Assembly (NCBI GenBank): GCA_049322675.1
Contig: JBMORM010000009.1
Coordinates: 222,132 to 286,131, forward strand
Reading direction: 5' to 3'
From: Patescibacteria group bacterium
GTDB lineage: Bacteria; Patescibacteriota; JAHJAL01
Length of the DNA: 64,000 nucleotides
Every line of letters begins with the position of its first letter. The first letter of the stretch is position 1. Of the stretch, positions 30,801-41,600 are shown in pieces. Under the pieces are notes generated by a model, which ran no database searches, had not been told where the DNA came from, and saw only the letters and a list, made by a program, of their open reading frames with translations. Made by a program: the position numbers and the translations under genes.

Positions 30801-32696
30801 TCTTATGTTTTAAATTATACGATCGATTCCACTCCGCCAGCCGTTTTGTCTATCACATCGGTGACCGGCGACACGACCGCGCCATACAAAGATAATACCG
30901 ACAATGCCAACACAGGAGTGATTTATACTGCTTCGGCTGATGCAGTGGCCTGTCGCTGGAGTCAAACTGACCAGAATTACGAAAGCATGACCGATACTTG
31001 CTCTGACACCAGTAACTGTACTTTGAATCTCACTGGTGAAGGAGCTCATAGCGTCTTTATGCGCTGTATTGATGTTGCTGGTTTGAGTTCGACTACTTCT
31101 TACGCCCTGGATTACTCAATAGACGCAACTCCCCCAACGATAAATTCAATCACTTCGGTGGCAGGTGATACAGCGGCAACATATTACGACACTACTGATG
31201 ACAGCGCGACTCAAATATTGTTCGACGTGACAGCTGACACCAATGAATGCAAATGGAGTACGTCAGATCAAAGTTATGACAGTATGCCCAATACTTGCAG
31301 TACGCCGGGAAATTGCACGGCCAATCTGGCCGGACAAGGGGCCAAAACAGTTTATCTCCGCTGCAAAGATGACGTGGACAACAAGATGACGACTTCGACT
31401 CAAGTTGACTATGTTATTGACTCAATTGCGCCGGGCGTACTTTCAATCACTTCGGTCGCCAATGATTTTATCGCGCCATATTTGGATACGACTATTCCTT
31501 ATGGACAAGCGCCGGTAGTTTATGTTGCTTCCGCTGATGCCACCACTTGTCGCTGGAGCGTCAACAATGTGGAATATGACAGCATGACTAATACTTGTAC
31601 GAGTACATCAAATTGCACTATTACCCATAGTGGAGATGGCGGCAAAAGTATTTTCTTCAGATGCACTGATGAAGCCGGAAACAAATCGCCAAATTCATAT
31701 CAATTGGATTTTGAAGTGGATGAAAATATTGACGGTGGCGGAATACGAGCGGAAGAAACATCCTCGCAACCAAACGATCCAACCAACTTCTTTATTACCT
31801 TCACTCCAAAACTAGTCACTCCGGCGGCAGTAAATGGAAGTATTAGAATCAGGTTGGAGAGCGAATACGACTTGTCCGCTTTGACTCACGATGATGTCTT
31901 TGCGGCGGGTGGAGATGTGATTTGGACCGATGATGAATTGATTTATCCGGATAACAATATAATCGTTTTCCCATTTACCGGAGATTTGAGCAATGACGAT
32001 GGTCAACTTTCTTTGACAATAGCCAATTTGCAGACAATCAACCCCGGCAGCACAGGTTCGTTCTTTGTTTCCTATGATATTTTTGATAATCCGGCGGGAA
32101 CAGGAACATCTTTGGAATCGGGTGATGGTTTGGTACATCTAAATTATATTGTTATCGTTACCGCTTCGGTGCCTTCTTTCTTGGAAGCGACAATTAATCC
32201 AGTAGGAGTTGGCGAAAATATTAACGGGAATATTACCAATATTGCAACTAATAATGGGCAAGTGGTGGACTTTGGAACATTTGCAGGCGCCGACGACCGA
32301 ATCGCCGCCCACGATATCGCCATTTCTACCAATGCCAATAGCGGCTACCAAGTTTCAATTGAATACGATCATTCGCTCGCAGCGGGAACGAATTTTGTGC
32401 CTGACTTTGTCGGCACCAATGCCAATCCATTGAATTGGCAAACTCCGCCGGGAAGTGGGATTGAAGCATATTTTGGCTATACTACTGAGGATAATAGTTT
32501 ATGGGGCACACCAACCAACCGGTTTGCCGGAGGAAAATGGTCAGGATTTACTACCGAGCCGCAAGAAGTAATTTACGAAAACCATACGGTTGACAATCAA
32601 ACAACTAGAATCGGTTATCGGTTGCAGATTAGCGGTCAACAGGGGGTGGGTTTCTACAATAGCAATATTTCATATATCATAACTTCAACATATTGA
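21822..32696 (+). CDS. Giant secreted multidomain protein 4 (3624 aa). Domains in order: signal peptide; conserved N-terminal module; about 7 LamG/ConA-like modules; embedded DUF1566 (Lcl-C) domain; a duplicated block of about 1 kb; five four-Cys modules; conserved C-terminal module.
   Basis: MKFFHKKFTKQILVLLAVFVISFGKDISLAQS is signal-peptide-like. The LamG motifs are as in giant gene 2. The C-terminus …NISYIITSTY precedes a TGA stop at 32694-32696. Confidence 0.9.
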   Translation: MKFFHKKFTKQILVLLAVFVISFGKDISLAQSVENNIQIETSNPILDNSLYKIENLDFLVELGDKENNNDDLVSFKAFPKKEIADGLFGRLSNWATVRQKGISFELIKTTDQSMVESEIAALDQEFIQENDQSGVAAQVGGFFNGLIDQFWKNVDDLANIGRKTDDLIWEENDNTTTVVNPILDKDISLEYQALENGLKENIIINGSEGEVFDSYLYKLNLDPGVILHRVQSDSPFGLPQGTYYFTDENNNYIAHFLPMVALDANGLETKNIEMEITPVGTGRDLSLQNGSPLQYAIVITVDKNWLTDTAIQYPIKIDPSIVHDTKAEFDAGILNRLQSTSADRVELKHHELSHDESTVGLWHMNESSGQSIYDYGGVANNTGQLGSTTGSDTNDPTWNTTSQKLGASALSFDGVNDFVTIPDSSTWYFAKNNFTISAWFKTTGGDNEKIYYQGDSGGTPSTISSFIQISSGGIVQFVPDYATYPSQHTLSSNRTVNDGTWHNVTVVRNGIIFDMYIDGQKENSLTLDYSMIDSSYPLTIGAMYNGVYNPFNGSIDEVRISNRALSPEEIKADAQYSPYGVYTSSVMDLGTSEPTWQNFSWTESGVRTSQVENDIDTTNLVAQWNFNETNGTTAVSSGSCGTSCNGTLNNFANTSAQDATPMSGWTYENRLKYGADGDGSLMFDGVDDYIDAGNNLALQITGNITIEAWIYPTQLNDTNYYIIGAKQGPSGYYGYQLYIGNGTKPYALFGLSSNGTDWNASMQGSQVLQSGKWYYIVGSYDGSNIRTYINGVLDSTRPYTGSIYNTNTNFTIGKSLQGTNANFNGILESPKIYSRALSADEINSNYQAGNIEFQTRTGTDTTPEDGGWEEWKSTGTAAEMSVQNFNSTLNTIDPDPYTTLLLHGEGINGSQTFVDSAISPASSFEVVGNAQNSTAQKKFGSSSLYFDGFADELDVHSNANIVHFGSGDFTIDTWVRFSSWATGYRRNFFVDWQDGSNNIFLIQQEDNKLNFSFFGGGVYTNITSTTTWVPNSNQWYHVALTRNGSSWRYFIDGTQLGSTITNSLAIDNCNGYIALGNRNLNDSHLETYIDELRVSKGIARWTANFTPPKYAYNTGINQISNKIDTTVKTEGTGSERCLIGQTQPDVNTVGLWHMEETSGTGAYIKDSSGNGNHGTPTNTTPVDSVSGQGRNFSGSNGDNISIPGMTWTPTTFTVDWWLYPESCTNYNQQIRSVSGWGGFLFHTDSNCAVYVGTDVNYRFTPTELSTNTLSLNQWQHFAYVYDGSKGYFYKNGQLLAGPKVQNTSTAWNGFYIGDPSNTIDGTIDEVRISNVARTPEEIAEAYRMGANYHITRSLSSNIDLATTNNKLPIQIASDRPGTSLMLTLGESAYANNELDTNTLGYWSMEENFSGGTNAMRECTDADPIGTACGGGKKFATGLVAMPAGCANSLNEPSCTSPDTLVNNKTWDNPLQGIGENAYSTTDGLSNTNNLYNSNPPANPAGDYCHDLIKSGYSDWYLPAQSELQSLYNQRTTIGGFMATQYWSSTEYNEASHQYAYYVSFLNGSSSFAGKNAGYEYRCIRQYNGEQQKIKDSSPLNLSGQAVGTSPTQGKFGKGRYFNGTSDYIRTEDPNSILEGNTFTIEAWVNPSSLTGGTNSHRIAGKIGNDTSNCGYGYNINLDDTDYFKITTDPTGCGNTQSVMGKTKPVPGQWYYVVGTYNGTVSKIYVNGVLENSASVSTINDFPSYFLIGAQLQEQTTTYVDFFEGAIDEVRYSNIVRTPNEIRQAYEAGLRSHPITIDFGAQLDSGNLITGSGDLSFTVDATKKGLPTKGENLFVGDKVIIKENYNGTEYLAQGTVTSVNKSTGAVTVAAWDSGSTFSSSGQTGFSANADVFKWQKEIASIYGSLAGHRDELNKISLRILDGNQGQNIWLDDMKVSTPLMTNPTTNTIQSTPNRYFQYRFFAHTTDTDPTPGVDDVELDYSTIEMTGASTSESYINTNNNTAFNIQCNGVTDSGTGDNVTCEASFNQTNWYSVGSATTPLSNQTVQGTPDISSWTGYPSGDGSVTIYARAHNTTNDTYSDIYNFSVNKDVSRPTVTSITSVAGDTTSLYSDGTDDSSTLVVYATSADATSCRWSATDQTYTAMTNTCTSTTNCTLNLGGKGQKDVYIGCIDAATNYSQPNYHLTYYIDVDPDIVALDAGPSSSDRTSLTSDQWFNYSQTGSDDQISFSWTDPNSPSDDYFYYLENDSSVNAISNTNLVGWWNFEDDTITSALDHSGQANHATLYGTSTTSGNLGLSRSFNGTSDYVHDNALAASIPGNLTVTGWIKASTIPSYQERIIDLAQAGDAGLQVCIDTSGNILLENSGGPSGVVYGGNATDNNWHHFAVTRSGTTYEFFVDGVSKGTTSGSAPTYTQMYFGRRQTGGDFYNGQIDDTKIFTRVLSSTEIGNEYRIRLTQNNYLDSQTVTEGTFFKHVRPINGVDSWGNELQFITKYDKTNPTLSASGNSEQWYSSNPTITLTTVDNHSGLNYSKYSWDSDDTTCRSSGTNFSNSDNINIPTNGTHVLYLCNQDIVNNQNSWNGIYKLDNTTPDLISIDAGQSSADRTSLTSHTWFGYADTGSDDQVSFSWTDPASPSDDYFYYLENDFSIVAFNESNLAAWWSFENDNTTTAWDHSSNNNDGTFDGSASSTGQLGSSRYFDGSDDKIQITDHNTLKPATNLTVSAWFRTQDKSIASQQIISKTRHSGYSLSLSNTQLCFAVSDGYNSYKYACISNAAINNDTWYHVAGTYDGSNVKLYLDGQFQTQTVMTTNIYYMDSVLCIGAEAGTLGNICENYYFKGDIDEAKIYTRTLTDTEINNEYSRRLTTSPYLDNQLVTEGTYYKHIRPFSGADTWGSEQQFIEKYDKTAPTIDSITSIAGDTTLPYFDTTDDSNTLVVYTSSDNLNIVDQCKWSTSDEIYSVMPNVCSNSTNCNLNLAGDGAKTVYIRCRDNIGNEASSSYVLNYTIDSTPPAVLSITSVTGDTTAPYKDNTDNANTGVIYTASADAVACRWSQTDQNYESMTDTCSDTSNCTLNLTGEGAHSVFMRCIDVAGLSSTTSYALDYSIDATPPTINSITSVAGDTAATYYDTTDDSATQILFDVTADTNECKWSTSDQSYDSMPNTCSTPGNCTANLAGQGAKTVYLRCKDDVDNKMTTSTQVDYVIDSIAPGVLSITSVANDFIAPYLDTTIPYGQAPVVYVASADATTCRWSVNNVEYDSMTNTCTSTSNCTITHSGDGGKSIFFRCTDEAGNKSPNSYQLDFEVDENIDGGGIRAEETSSQPNDPTNFFITFTPKLVTPAAVNGSIRIRLESEYDLSALTHDDVFAAGGDVIWTDDELIYPDNNIIVFPFTGDLSNDDGQLSLTIANLQTINPGSTGSFFVSYDIFDNPAGTGTSLESGDGLVHLNYIVIVTASVPSFLEATINPVGVGENINGNITNIATNNGQVVDFGTFAGADDRIAAHDIAISTNANSGYQVSIEYDHSLAAGTNFVPDFVGTNANPLNWQTPPGSGIEAYFGYTTEDNSLWGTPTNRFAGGKWSGFTTEPQEVIYENHTVDNQTTRIGYRLQISGQQGVGFYNSNISYIITSTY
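26070..26570 (+). other. DUF1566 (Legionella Lcl C-terminal domain family) inserted within giant protein 4.
   Basis: …DYCHDLIKSGYSDWYLPAQSELQSLYNQRTTIGGFMATQYWSSTEYNEASHQYAYYVSFLNGSSSFAGKNAGYEYRCIRQY matches the DUF1566 pattern yC..L..gGy.dWRLPt..EL.sL…….g.f….YWSST…….aw.v.f.nG…..k….yvRCVR. Confidence 0.6.
28380..30540 (+). repeat. Intragenic tandem duplication of two blocks of about 1 kb (28380-29340 and 29575-30540). Each block encodes an Ig-like domain (…DRTSLTS..WF.Y..TGSDDQ.SFSWTDP.SPSDDYFYYLEND), a LamG module and a C-terminal …TEGT(F/Y)(F/Y)KH(V/I)RP..G.D.WG.E.QFI.KYDKT.PT.
   Basis: The two protein segments DPDIVALDAGPSSSDRTSLTSDQWF…KYDKTNPT and TPDLISIDAGQSSADRTSLTSHTWF…KYDKTAPT align along their full length. 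Confidence 0.65.
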
Positions 32697-32698
32697 TA

Positions 32699-35600
32699 AT
32701 GATGAAAAAAATAAAAACAAAAAATGAAAGATGGTTTGATCGAATACTGACAAGTACAGCCTTGATCTTTTGTTATGGATTAAGCCTGATTTCAACCGTT
32801 ACTGCCAACGAAGATAGTGATTGGATGGCGACTAGTTGGGGCAGCAATTTCAACTACCAGTATCAAGATGAAAATTTTGTTGCCAGCGTGGGCGACAAAT
32901 TGACGGATACGCCGGACACAATAACTTTGCAGGTCAAAAATCCGGAACCGGGCGAGTCTTGGTGGGAAAAGTGGCAAACCGAGGATTACAAAACGATGAC
33001 TTTGACTTTGCTCGACGGTGAGCAGATAACCAATGACCCGACTGACCAATCGATGAGCGACGCGGAAGACAAGGCGCAAGAATTGGAAGAACAGCGCAGT
33101 TCCCTCTTGAACAAAGTGGGTAGCTGGATCGATCTTGATCCGAGCAGCGAATTGTATAAAACTGATGACGATCAACTGATGAATCAGAATGTAATTGATG
33201 ATGTGGACAGTGAATATACTATTTGGCCGGATTATGGAATCAAAGAAAATTTGATTGTCAAAGGAACCAATGGCCAGGCGACAAATACTTTTTATTATCA
33301 ATTGAAACTGGATGAGGGAATAGAATATTTTTCCACCGATGATGGTAATCCATTTAATTTACCGGAAAATACTTATTACTTTGTGGATCAAAAGGGAAAT
33401 TACCTGGCGCACTTTTTGCCAATTTTGGTTTATGACTCCAATCACAATCTAACCAACCAAGTTAATCTGGAAATAAATCCGACTTCCGATGAACAAATTT
33501 TGATGGTAAAAGTGCAAGTAGATTACGCCTGGATGATCGACAGTGACCGCCAATATCCAATTATTATCGATCCGACGATTGTTCATAATACCAATACTGA
33601 TTTTGGCAATGGTCGGGCAATTGATCGGATGAGTTTGAACGACAATATACTGTCAAACGCCGAAATGCCTACTGCCACCGACTCTAGCGTAGTTGGCCTC
33701 TGGCACATGGACGAGGAAAGTGGAACTAGTGTCAATGATTATTCCGGTAACAATATTACCGGCACTTCCGTCAATACCACTGTCGAAGATGGCAAATTTG
33801 GCAAGGCAAAATATTTTAATAATATAAATACTTACGTACAAATTCCGGCTTCTTCTGCGTTTAACTTTGGCACCAATGATTGGACTTTCGAGACCTGGAT
33901 TAAACCTTCCTCATTTGAGGCTTGCGATACGATTTATTCACAAAATAACCCATACACGATATTACGATTTGATTGCGAAAGAGGGGGATCTTATTGGGAA
34001 ATTTATAACAATGGTGTCCAGTACGATTTGCCGGCTCATGGGATGGTTGCCGGAAATTGGTATCATGTGGCCGTAGTAAGAAGTAATAATTTTGTCTATC
34101 TGTATCAAAACGGGAATTTACTTTCGTTTGTTTCCGTCGGTAGCAATTCGACCAATTTGAGCGGAGCGATTTGGCGAATCGGTAATTCTACTTGGAATGG
34201 AGAATATTTTCATGGCGACATTGATGAGTTTGTGGTTCGTAATCGGTCTCTGACGCCTGAACAGGTCAAGTTAGAAGCCCAGAAAAAATCCTATGGCTTG
34301 TACGATTCTTCCGTCCTTGATTTGGGATCTGACTTTTCCAAATATGACAAAATTTCTTGGGAAGAACAGGGGGTGCAGACGGGAAATGGCGAAACGCCCT
34401 ACTCTACCGAAGGTTTAGTCACACAGTGGAATTTCAACGAAACTAGCGGCACAACCGCTTACAATAATGCCGGAAGTTGCGAGGGAACTTGCAATGCTAC
34501 TTTGAGCAATATGACGACAACCAGTCAAGATGCCGCACCCAATTCCGGCTGGACGGCGAACAATAAAAGATGGGGTGGCGGAGGATTGATGTTTGATGGC
34601 AGTAATGATTTTATTTCTATCAGTCACAATTCCAATTTTAATTTAACCAGTAGCTGGACGGTGGAAACTTGGATAAAACGGACGGGGCCAACTACCACCA
34701 ATAGTGATGGCAGCATCTGGAAATTTATTGTCAGAAAAGGTACATACAATACATTTGGATTGTTGTATGATCCGACCTCGGGAAAAGTATATTCAAATAT
34801 ATACAACGGTTCAGCCTGGAAAAACTCGACTTCGCAATCCGTATTGGATATCGGCCAATGGCACCATATAGTGGGCGTATATGAGGGTAACGATTCGGGT
34901 ACATTGAAAATATTTTTTGACGGAGTGTTGGAAAATACAACGACCGGAGTGGGAACACCATCGACCAATACTGATCCTTTGTCGATCATCGGCACATCAA
35001 ATATTTCATCAGTATCAACATATTGGCCGGCGATACTTGATTCGACCAGAATTTATTCCCGCGCGCTTGCCGGTGACGAAATTTTGTCCAATTACCAAGC
35101 CGGTAATATTGAACTGCAAACCAGAAGCGGGGAAACGGCCGATCCAGATGATGGCAGTTGGGAAAATTGGAAACCGGCGGGGAGTGGGACAGAAACGACT
35201 TTGGATAATAGTGATAATTTATATCAATATAATACAACTGATTCCGGTTTAGTTAGTTATTGGCCAATGGATGAATTGACTGACTCAAGTGTTGAAGATG
35301 TCAAAGGAACAAACAATGGGACAGCGACAGGGACAAAAATTATCGATGGAAAATTTGGTAAGGCAAGAAGTTTCAATGGGACAACTAGTGATTATATTTC
35401 CATACCTCATAGTGCGGATTTAGATTTTGAAAGAACCAGTACGTTTTCTATTTCGTCTTGGTTTAAATCCAATACAACTGGTTATGAAAGCATTGTTTCT
35501 AAAACTGACAGTGCATACAAGGGGTGGACATTGTTTAAATTGGCAAATAGTGACCCAAATCGACCAAACTCGGTTTGTTTGATTTTGACCAATGTAAATG

Positions 35601-38600
35601 CCACAAGCGACATGTTTGCTTGTACTCCGGCAAATTCAATATCAGCCGGCAACACATATCATATTGCCATGACATATGCAGGTAATTCCGATGCTTCCGG
35701 AGTAAAAATATACTTCAATGGCATTAGCCAAACAGTTACTTCATTCAGAAACAATCTAACAGGAAGTATTCAAAATAGTAGTCCAACTTTGATTGGCAAA
35801 CATGCTTATGCCGGAGGTAATTATTATCTCAATGGTTGGATGGATGAATTGAGAATATATAATATTGTTTTATCTTCTTCTCAAGTAACAAATCAATACA
35901 ACGAAGGAATAAATGCTTTAGGGCAAACTGCTGTTCAAAATAAATCCAGCCAAAATATCAAAGCTGAAGGCACAGCTTCGCAAAAAATATCTACCGGTGT
36001 GCCACTCGTCGATGCCAACACCGTCGCCCTCTGGCATTTGGATGAAACCGGCGGCACTGGTGCATATATCAAAGATAGTTCAGGAAATGGTAATAATGGA
36101 ACACCAACCGGTACTACCAGTGTAGTTGATGGTATCAGTGGCAAGGCGAGAAATTTTAATGGAACAGTAAATGATTATATTTCCATTCCATCATCTACTT
36201 CATTAAATATTAGTAGTAACATCACAATTGAAGCATGGTTATTCCGAAATGCTGCCGGTATTCAAAGAATTGTTACGAAAACTGTTGGGAATGGTGCAGC
36301 TAATAATCCTTATGATTTTGGTATTTATACAGATGACAAATTATATTTTGTTAGGGCGAGTAGTACTACACCCCAATCTTTTTTCTCTACCAACACAGTT
36401 CCAGTTAATAGTTGGTCTCATGTTGCAGTAACGGTAAATAACAATGCGTTATCTTTCTATGTTAATGGCATCGCTTCCGGTACTGGAACATTTACAATAA
36501 CACCAACAACGAACTCTAACCCAGTCTTAATTGGAACAAGAAATGATGGAGGAATTTTTAATGGGAAAATAGATGAGGTACGTGTTTCAAATATCGCCCG
36601 ATCTGCCGACGAAATCGCCGAAGCTTATCGCATGGGTCGCGAACATCGGATTACTCATTTATTGGATACTAATATTGATTTGTCTAATAATTCCAAACTG
36701 CCTTTTTATATCGCTGCTGATAAACCAGGAAATTATCTGCAAACCACGATCGGAGAATCCGCTTTTGCGAACAATGAACCAGATACAAATACAGTTGGCT
36801 TGTGGCATTTGGAAGAAGCGACCGGCAGTGGAGCGTATATTAAAGATAGCAGTAGTTATAGCAACAATGGGACGCCGGCGGCCAAAACTATTTTTGATGG
36901 CAAAATTGGCAAGGCGGTTTATGGTGCCAATATCAGTATGAGCAATGAAGCAAATTTCCGTTTCGAACGCACGCAACCATTTAGTATCAGCGGATGGATC
37001 AAGATTGCTACTCTCAGTTCCGGACGAGGATATCAAAATATTTTTGCAAAAATGCTGGGCACCAGCCCATATACCGGCTATCATTTATTGGTAGCTGATG
37101 GCGCTGATTCTGCTGTCACCGGCGCCGGTATTTTGCGATTTGGTTTGATAAATACTTGGACTACCAATACCTTGCTCATTCAGACCAACAATCGAGTAGA
37201 TGATAGTCAATGGCACTATGTCGTCGCAACCTATGATGGCACCAGCAGCGCTTCGGGAGCGAAAATATATATCGATGGTGCGCTAGTGCCCACGACCACC
37301 AAATACAATTCTTTAACAGCATCAATTGTTAACTCTTCTGCCAGTCCATATATATCAACCAGCAGTTACGGTGGGGTTGATGAAGTCCGAATTGATAAGG
37401 TTGTTCGAACAGCTGATGAAATCCGCCAAGCCTACGAAATCGGCAAACGCACCCACTCCGTCACCATCGACTTTGCCGCCGGTTTGGATAGTGGTAATTT
37501 AATTTCAAACAATAGCGATCAATCATTTACGATCGACGCCACCAATAAAGGTCTGAGTCAAAAAGGATCAAATCTTTTTGTGGGCGAAAAAGTAATTGTG
37601 CGAGAAAATTATGATGGTACGGAATATATCGCCCAAGGTTTGGTTAATTCGGTGGACGTTTCTACGGGAGCTATTGATGTGACAAGTTGGGATAGTAATT
37701 CAACTTTCCCTAGTATTGGCTTTTCTGTAAATGCCGATGTTTTTAAATGGCAAAGAGAATACTGGGATTTGACCGGTATTATGGACAATCAAATTGATAG
37801 TGCCAATCGTCTAACTATTCGTTTGGCCGATGGCGCTGAGGGACGTAATGTTTGGTTTGATGATTTTAAAACCGTCGGCAGTTATTTGTCTGATCCGACC
37901 GGCAGTTTGCTCAATTCTACCTCCAACCGTTACCTGCAATATCGAGTTATGTCTTCGACTACCGATACCAAAGTCGCTCCCAGCCTCTCTTCTGTTACTA
38001 TTAAACGACCACCAACGATTGACGAGGACAACGAGTCTATCTTGGCGATCAATGAGGGATTAAATCGTTGTAAAATAACGAGTGATCCGCTGATTAAACT
38101 AAAAAATATGGAACCGGCCAATGATCCATATTTGGTTGGGCATTGGAAAATGAATGAAACCAACGGATCGACGGTAGCTGATAGTAGTGGCAATGGCAAT
38201 AATGGCACAGCGACAGGAACCAGTATCGCTGACGGTGTTATGGATAAAGCGAGAGTGTTCAATGGCAGTAGTGATTTTGTGAGTATCGCAAATCAAGTTC
38301 TGAAACAAACACCAAATCTTTCTTTTGAGGCTTGGTTTAAACAAAATTCCACTTCAACTTATCAAAATATAATCTGGGCCACGCCGGCAGGTCCCGGGAG
38401 TGGAATCGCTTTGAATGTTGATCGTAGGGTAATTTTTCAATTGGATTTGGTGACCGGAGATTATCGTGCTTATCAGACCAACACCAATGCATATGAATTG
38501 AATACATGGAATCATGTGGTTGGTACATATAGCAACGGAATTTTTAAAATATTTTTAAATGGAAATGAACAAATAATATCACTTGCGGGAGGTACTGGAT

Positions 38601-41600
38601 CAGGCGATTTTGTCGGTGAGACCAATTATTTCATTGGGCATGAAACAAGCGGTAATTACTTTAAAGGAATGATTGACGAAGTGTCAGTATTTAACAAAAA
38701 TTTGACTCCAGAGGAGATCAAAGCACATGCCCAAAAACGTCCTTACGGAACCTACACTTCCAAAGTATTGGATTTGATAAATAATCCTCAATTAAATAGT
38801 TTAACCTGGGGTGAACTGGGAGTTCAAACCGGTAGTGGTGAAACACCTAAAGATGCCACCGGACTCGTTGCACAGTGGAATTTCAATGAGACCAGTGGAA
38901 CGACCGCCACCAACAATGCCGGTTCTTGTGGAGCGGCTTGCAATGGTACTTTAACAAATATGACAACAAGTGGACAAGATGCATCAGTTAACTCTGGTTG
39001 GACTGCTAATAACAAGAAATGGGGAGCAGGGGCGGCGATGTTCGATGGAAGTGATGATTATATAAATATTGGATCAACAAGTAATCTTGCCGTAACTAAT
39101 TTTTCCTTGGAAACTTGGGTCAAAACAAACACAACCGCACTTAGTGTTATTCTTGGAAAAAAATCAAATAGCACGGGTGGATGGTATGCATATAGATTAG
39201 CGACATATAGTGGAAAAATAAATGTCAGAGTACAACAGTCAGCTACGCCAAGTTTTTTGGATTTGGATTCCAATTTTAGTCAAATAAATAACAACGAATG
39301 GCATCATGTAGTAGTAACTTTTGATAGTGACAATAAAGTCAGAATTTATATTGACGGAAAACTGGATATTACCAGTAGTACCGGAAATGCCATTTATTAT
39401 GCCAATCAAGTTAGTGATTTTATGATTGGAACAGATGTAGATGGTACAAAAAGACTAAATGGTACTATTGACTCAACCAAAATCTATTCCCGCGCCCTTT
39501 CCGCCGACGAAATCCTTTCCAACTATCAGGCCGGCAATATCGAATTGCAAACTCGCAGCGGCGCCACGGCCGACCCCAATGATGGTTCATGGCAAGAATG
39601 GCGACCGGCCGGAAGTGGGACGGAAACAACTTTGGTAAATAACGAGAATGATAGCAGTAATTGGTCCTGGAATTCAGTCGCTGCCTATATGCCCAAATCC
39701 AAGTCTGACGATTCTGTGGTTAGACTAAATGGTAACACCTCAACCAAATTACAAACCGGCATTTTACAATCCGATGCCAACACTATTGCTCTCTGGCATC
39801 TAGACGAAACCGGCGGAGCTGGAGCGTACATCAAAGATAGTAGCGGTAATGGTAATGATGGCACACCAAGTGGAACAACTGTAATTGACGGAATAATTGG
39901 CAAAGCGAGAAGTTTCAATGGGACAAGTGATTATATTCAAAAAACTTCTGTTCCTGCACAATCTATATATTCCTTTGATATGTGGTTTAAACCACAAAAT
40001 ACAATTACCAGTAGTTCGGCCTGTATGACTTTGATGCAAATGCGTACGGGGGCAACTGGAGATTATTTTGCTTTGCAAACCGGGTCTTGTACTTCTTCTT
40101 TAACCAATGAAACTATTACAATTTTTCACGATACTCCTGGCAGAACCGGTGTTTTGAATGTGAATATTTCGAATAGTTGGCATCACATAACCGTAAATTG
40201 GGATAGTAGTATAAATGAATACAGAATATATTTGGATGGAGTTGTTCAAACAACCAATTCAGGCACTGATGGGAAAGCAGCATTTTTCAATGATCCTGAA
40301 AGAATACAAATCGGGGCATATATGTATTCCGGAACCTACTCCTCGTATTTTGCTGGACTAATCGACGAAGTACGTATTTCAAGTGCTGCCCGTACTCCCG
40401 AAGAGATCGCCGAAGCCTATCGAGCCGGCGCCAATCATCACCTCACTCGAGATTTAACTTCCGCTCAAAATCTTTCGAATAATAACAAAATATCTTTCAA
40501 TGTAGCCGCCGACCAACCAGGCACTTATCTACAAACCATGATCGGTGAATCCGCTTTTGCCAACTACGAACCCGACGCCAATACCGTGGGTTTATGGCAT
40601 TTGGAAGAAGCGACCGGATCTGGAGCGTATATAAAAGATAGTTCTAATTCAGGAAATAATGGGACGCCAACCGGAACTACATTTATTGATGGAAAAATTG
40701 GGAAAGGTAGAAGTTTCAATGGCAGTAGTGACTATATTTCAATAAGCAACAATTCCAATTTAAATCTATTAAGTGAAGATTTTGTAATTGATGTCTGGGT
40801 AAAACCTAGTACCGTTACCGGCACTCAGGAAATTATCAGTAAAAGAAATGGCGCCGTGGCCGAAGGATTTGTAATCCGACGAGAATCCGGAGTTTATAAT
40901 TTTTGGGCTACTTCCAATGGTTCGAGTTGGGATATTTCATATGGCAAGTCACTTGGAGCTGCTTCAGCTAATACTTGGTCTTATCTTGTTGTAACCCGAC
41001 AAGGTAACAACTTTTATTTCTATAACAATGGAATACAAACCGATAGCCTAACCTCGAGTGCAGCAATTCAAACAAATACCAGAAATATAAATATAGGAAG
41101 GGATGGTTCAGGACAATATTTTTCCGGTGTTATTGATGAAGTAAGATTAAAAAAAGGTGCAGGTGTTACCGGTGGACAAATTCGTCAAGCCTACGAAGTG
41201 GGCAAGCGCTCGCACAATGTCACGATTGATTTTGCCGCTTCATTGGATAGTGACAACTTGATTATCGATAGCAATGATAAATCATTTACGATCGATGCTA
41301 CTACCAAAGGTTTAAGTTACCCGGCGGAGAATTTGTTCTCCGGTGATAAGATTATTGTCCGCGAAAATTATAATGGTACCGAATATATCGCCCAAGGTAC
41401 CGTCAATGGTGTTGACCAAGATAGCGGCGCTGTCACGGTTAGCTCGTGGGATAGTGGCAGCACATTCCCGAGTGGCGGTTTTACCGTCAATGCTGATGTT
41501 TTCAAATGGCAGACAGAATACATGGATATTAGTCAAATTGCCAATGAAGACAAAGATGCCATGAGCCAAATCTCTTTGCGTTTGACCAATGGTAGTGGCG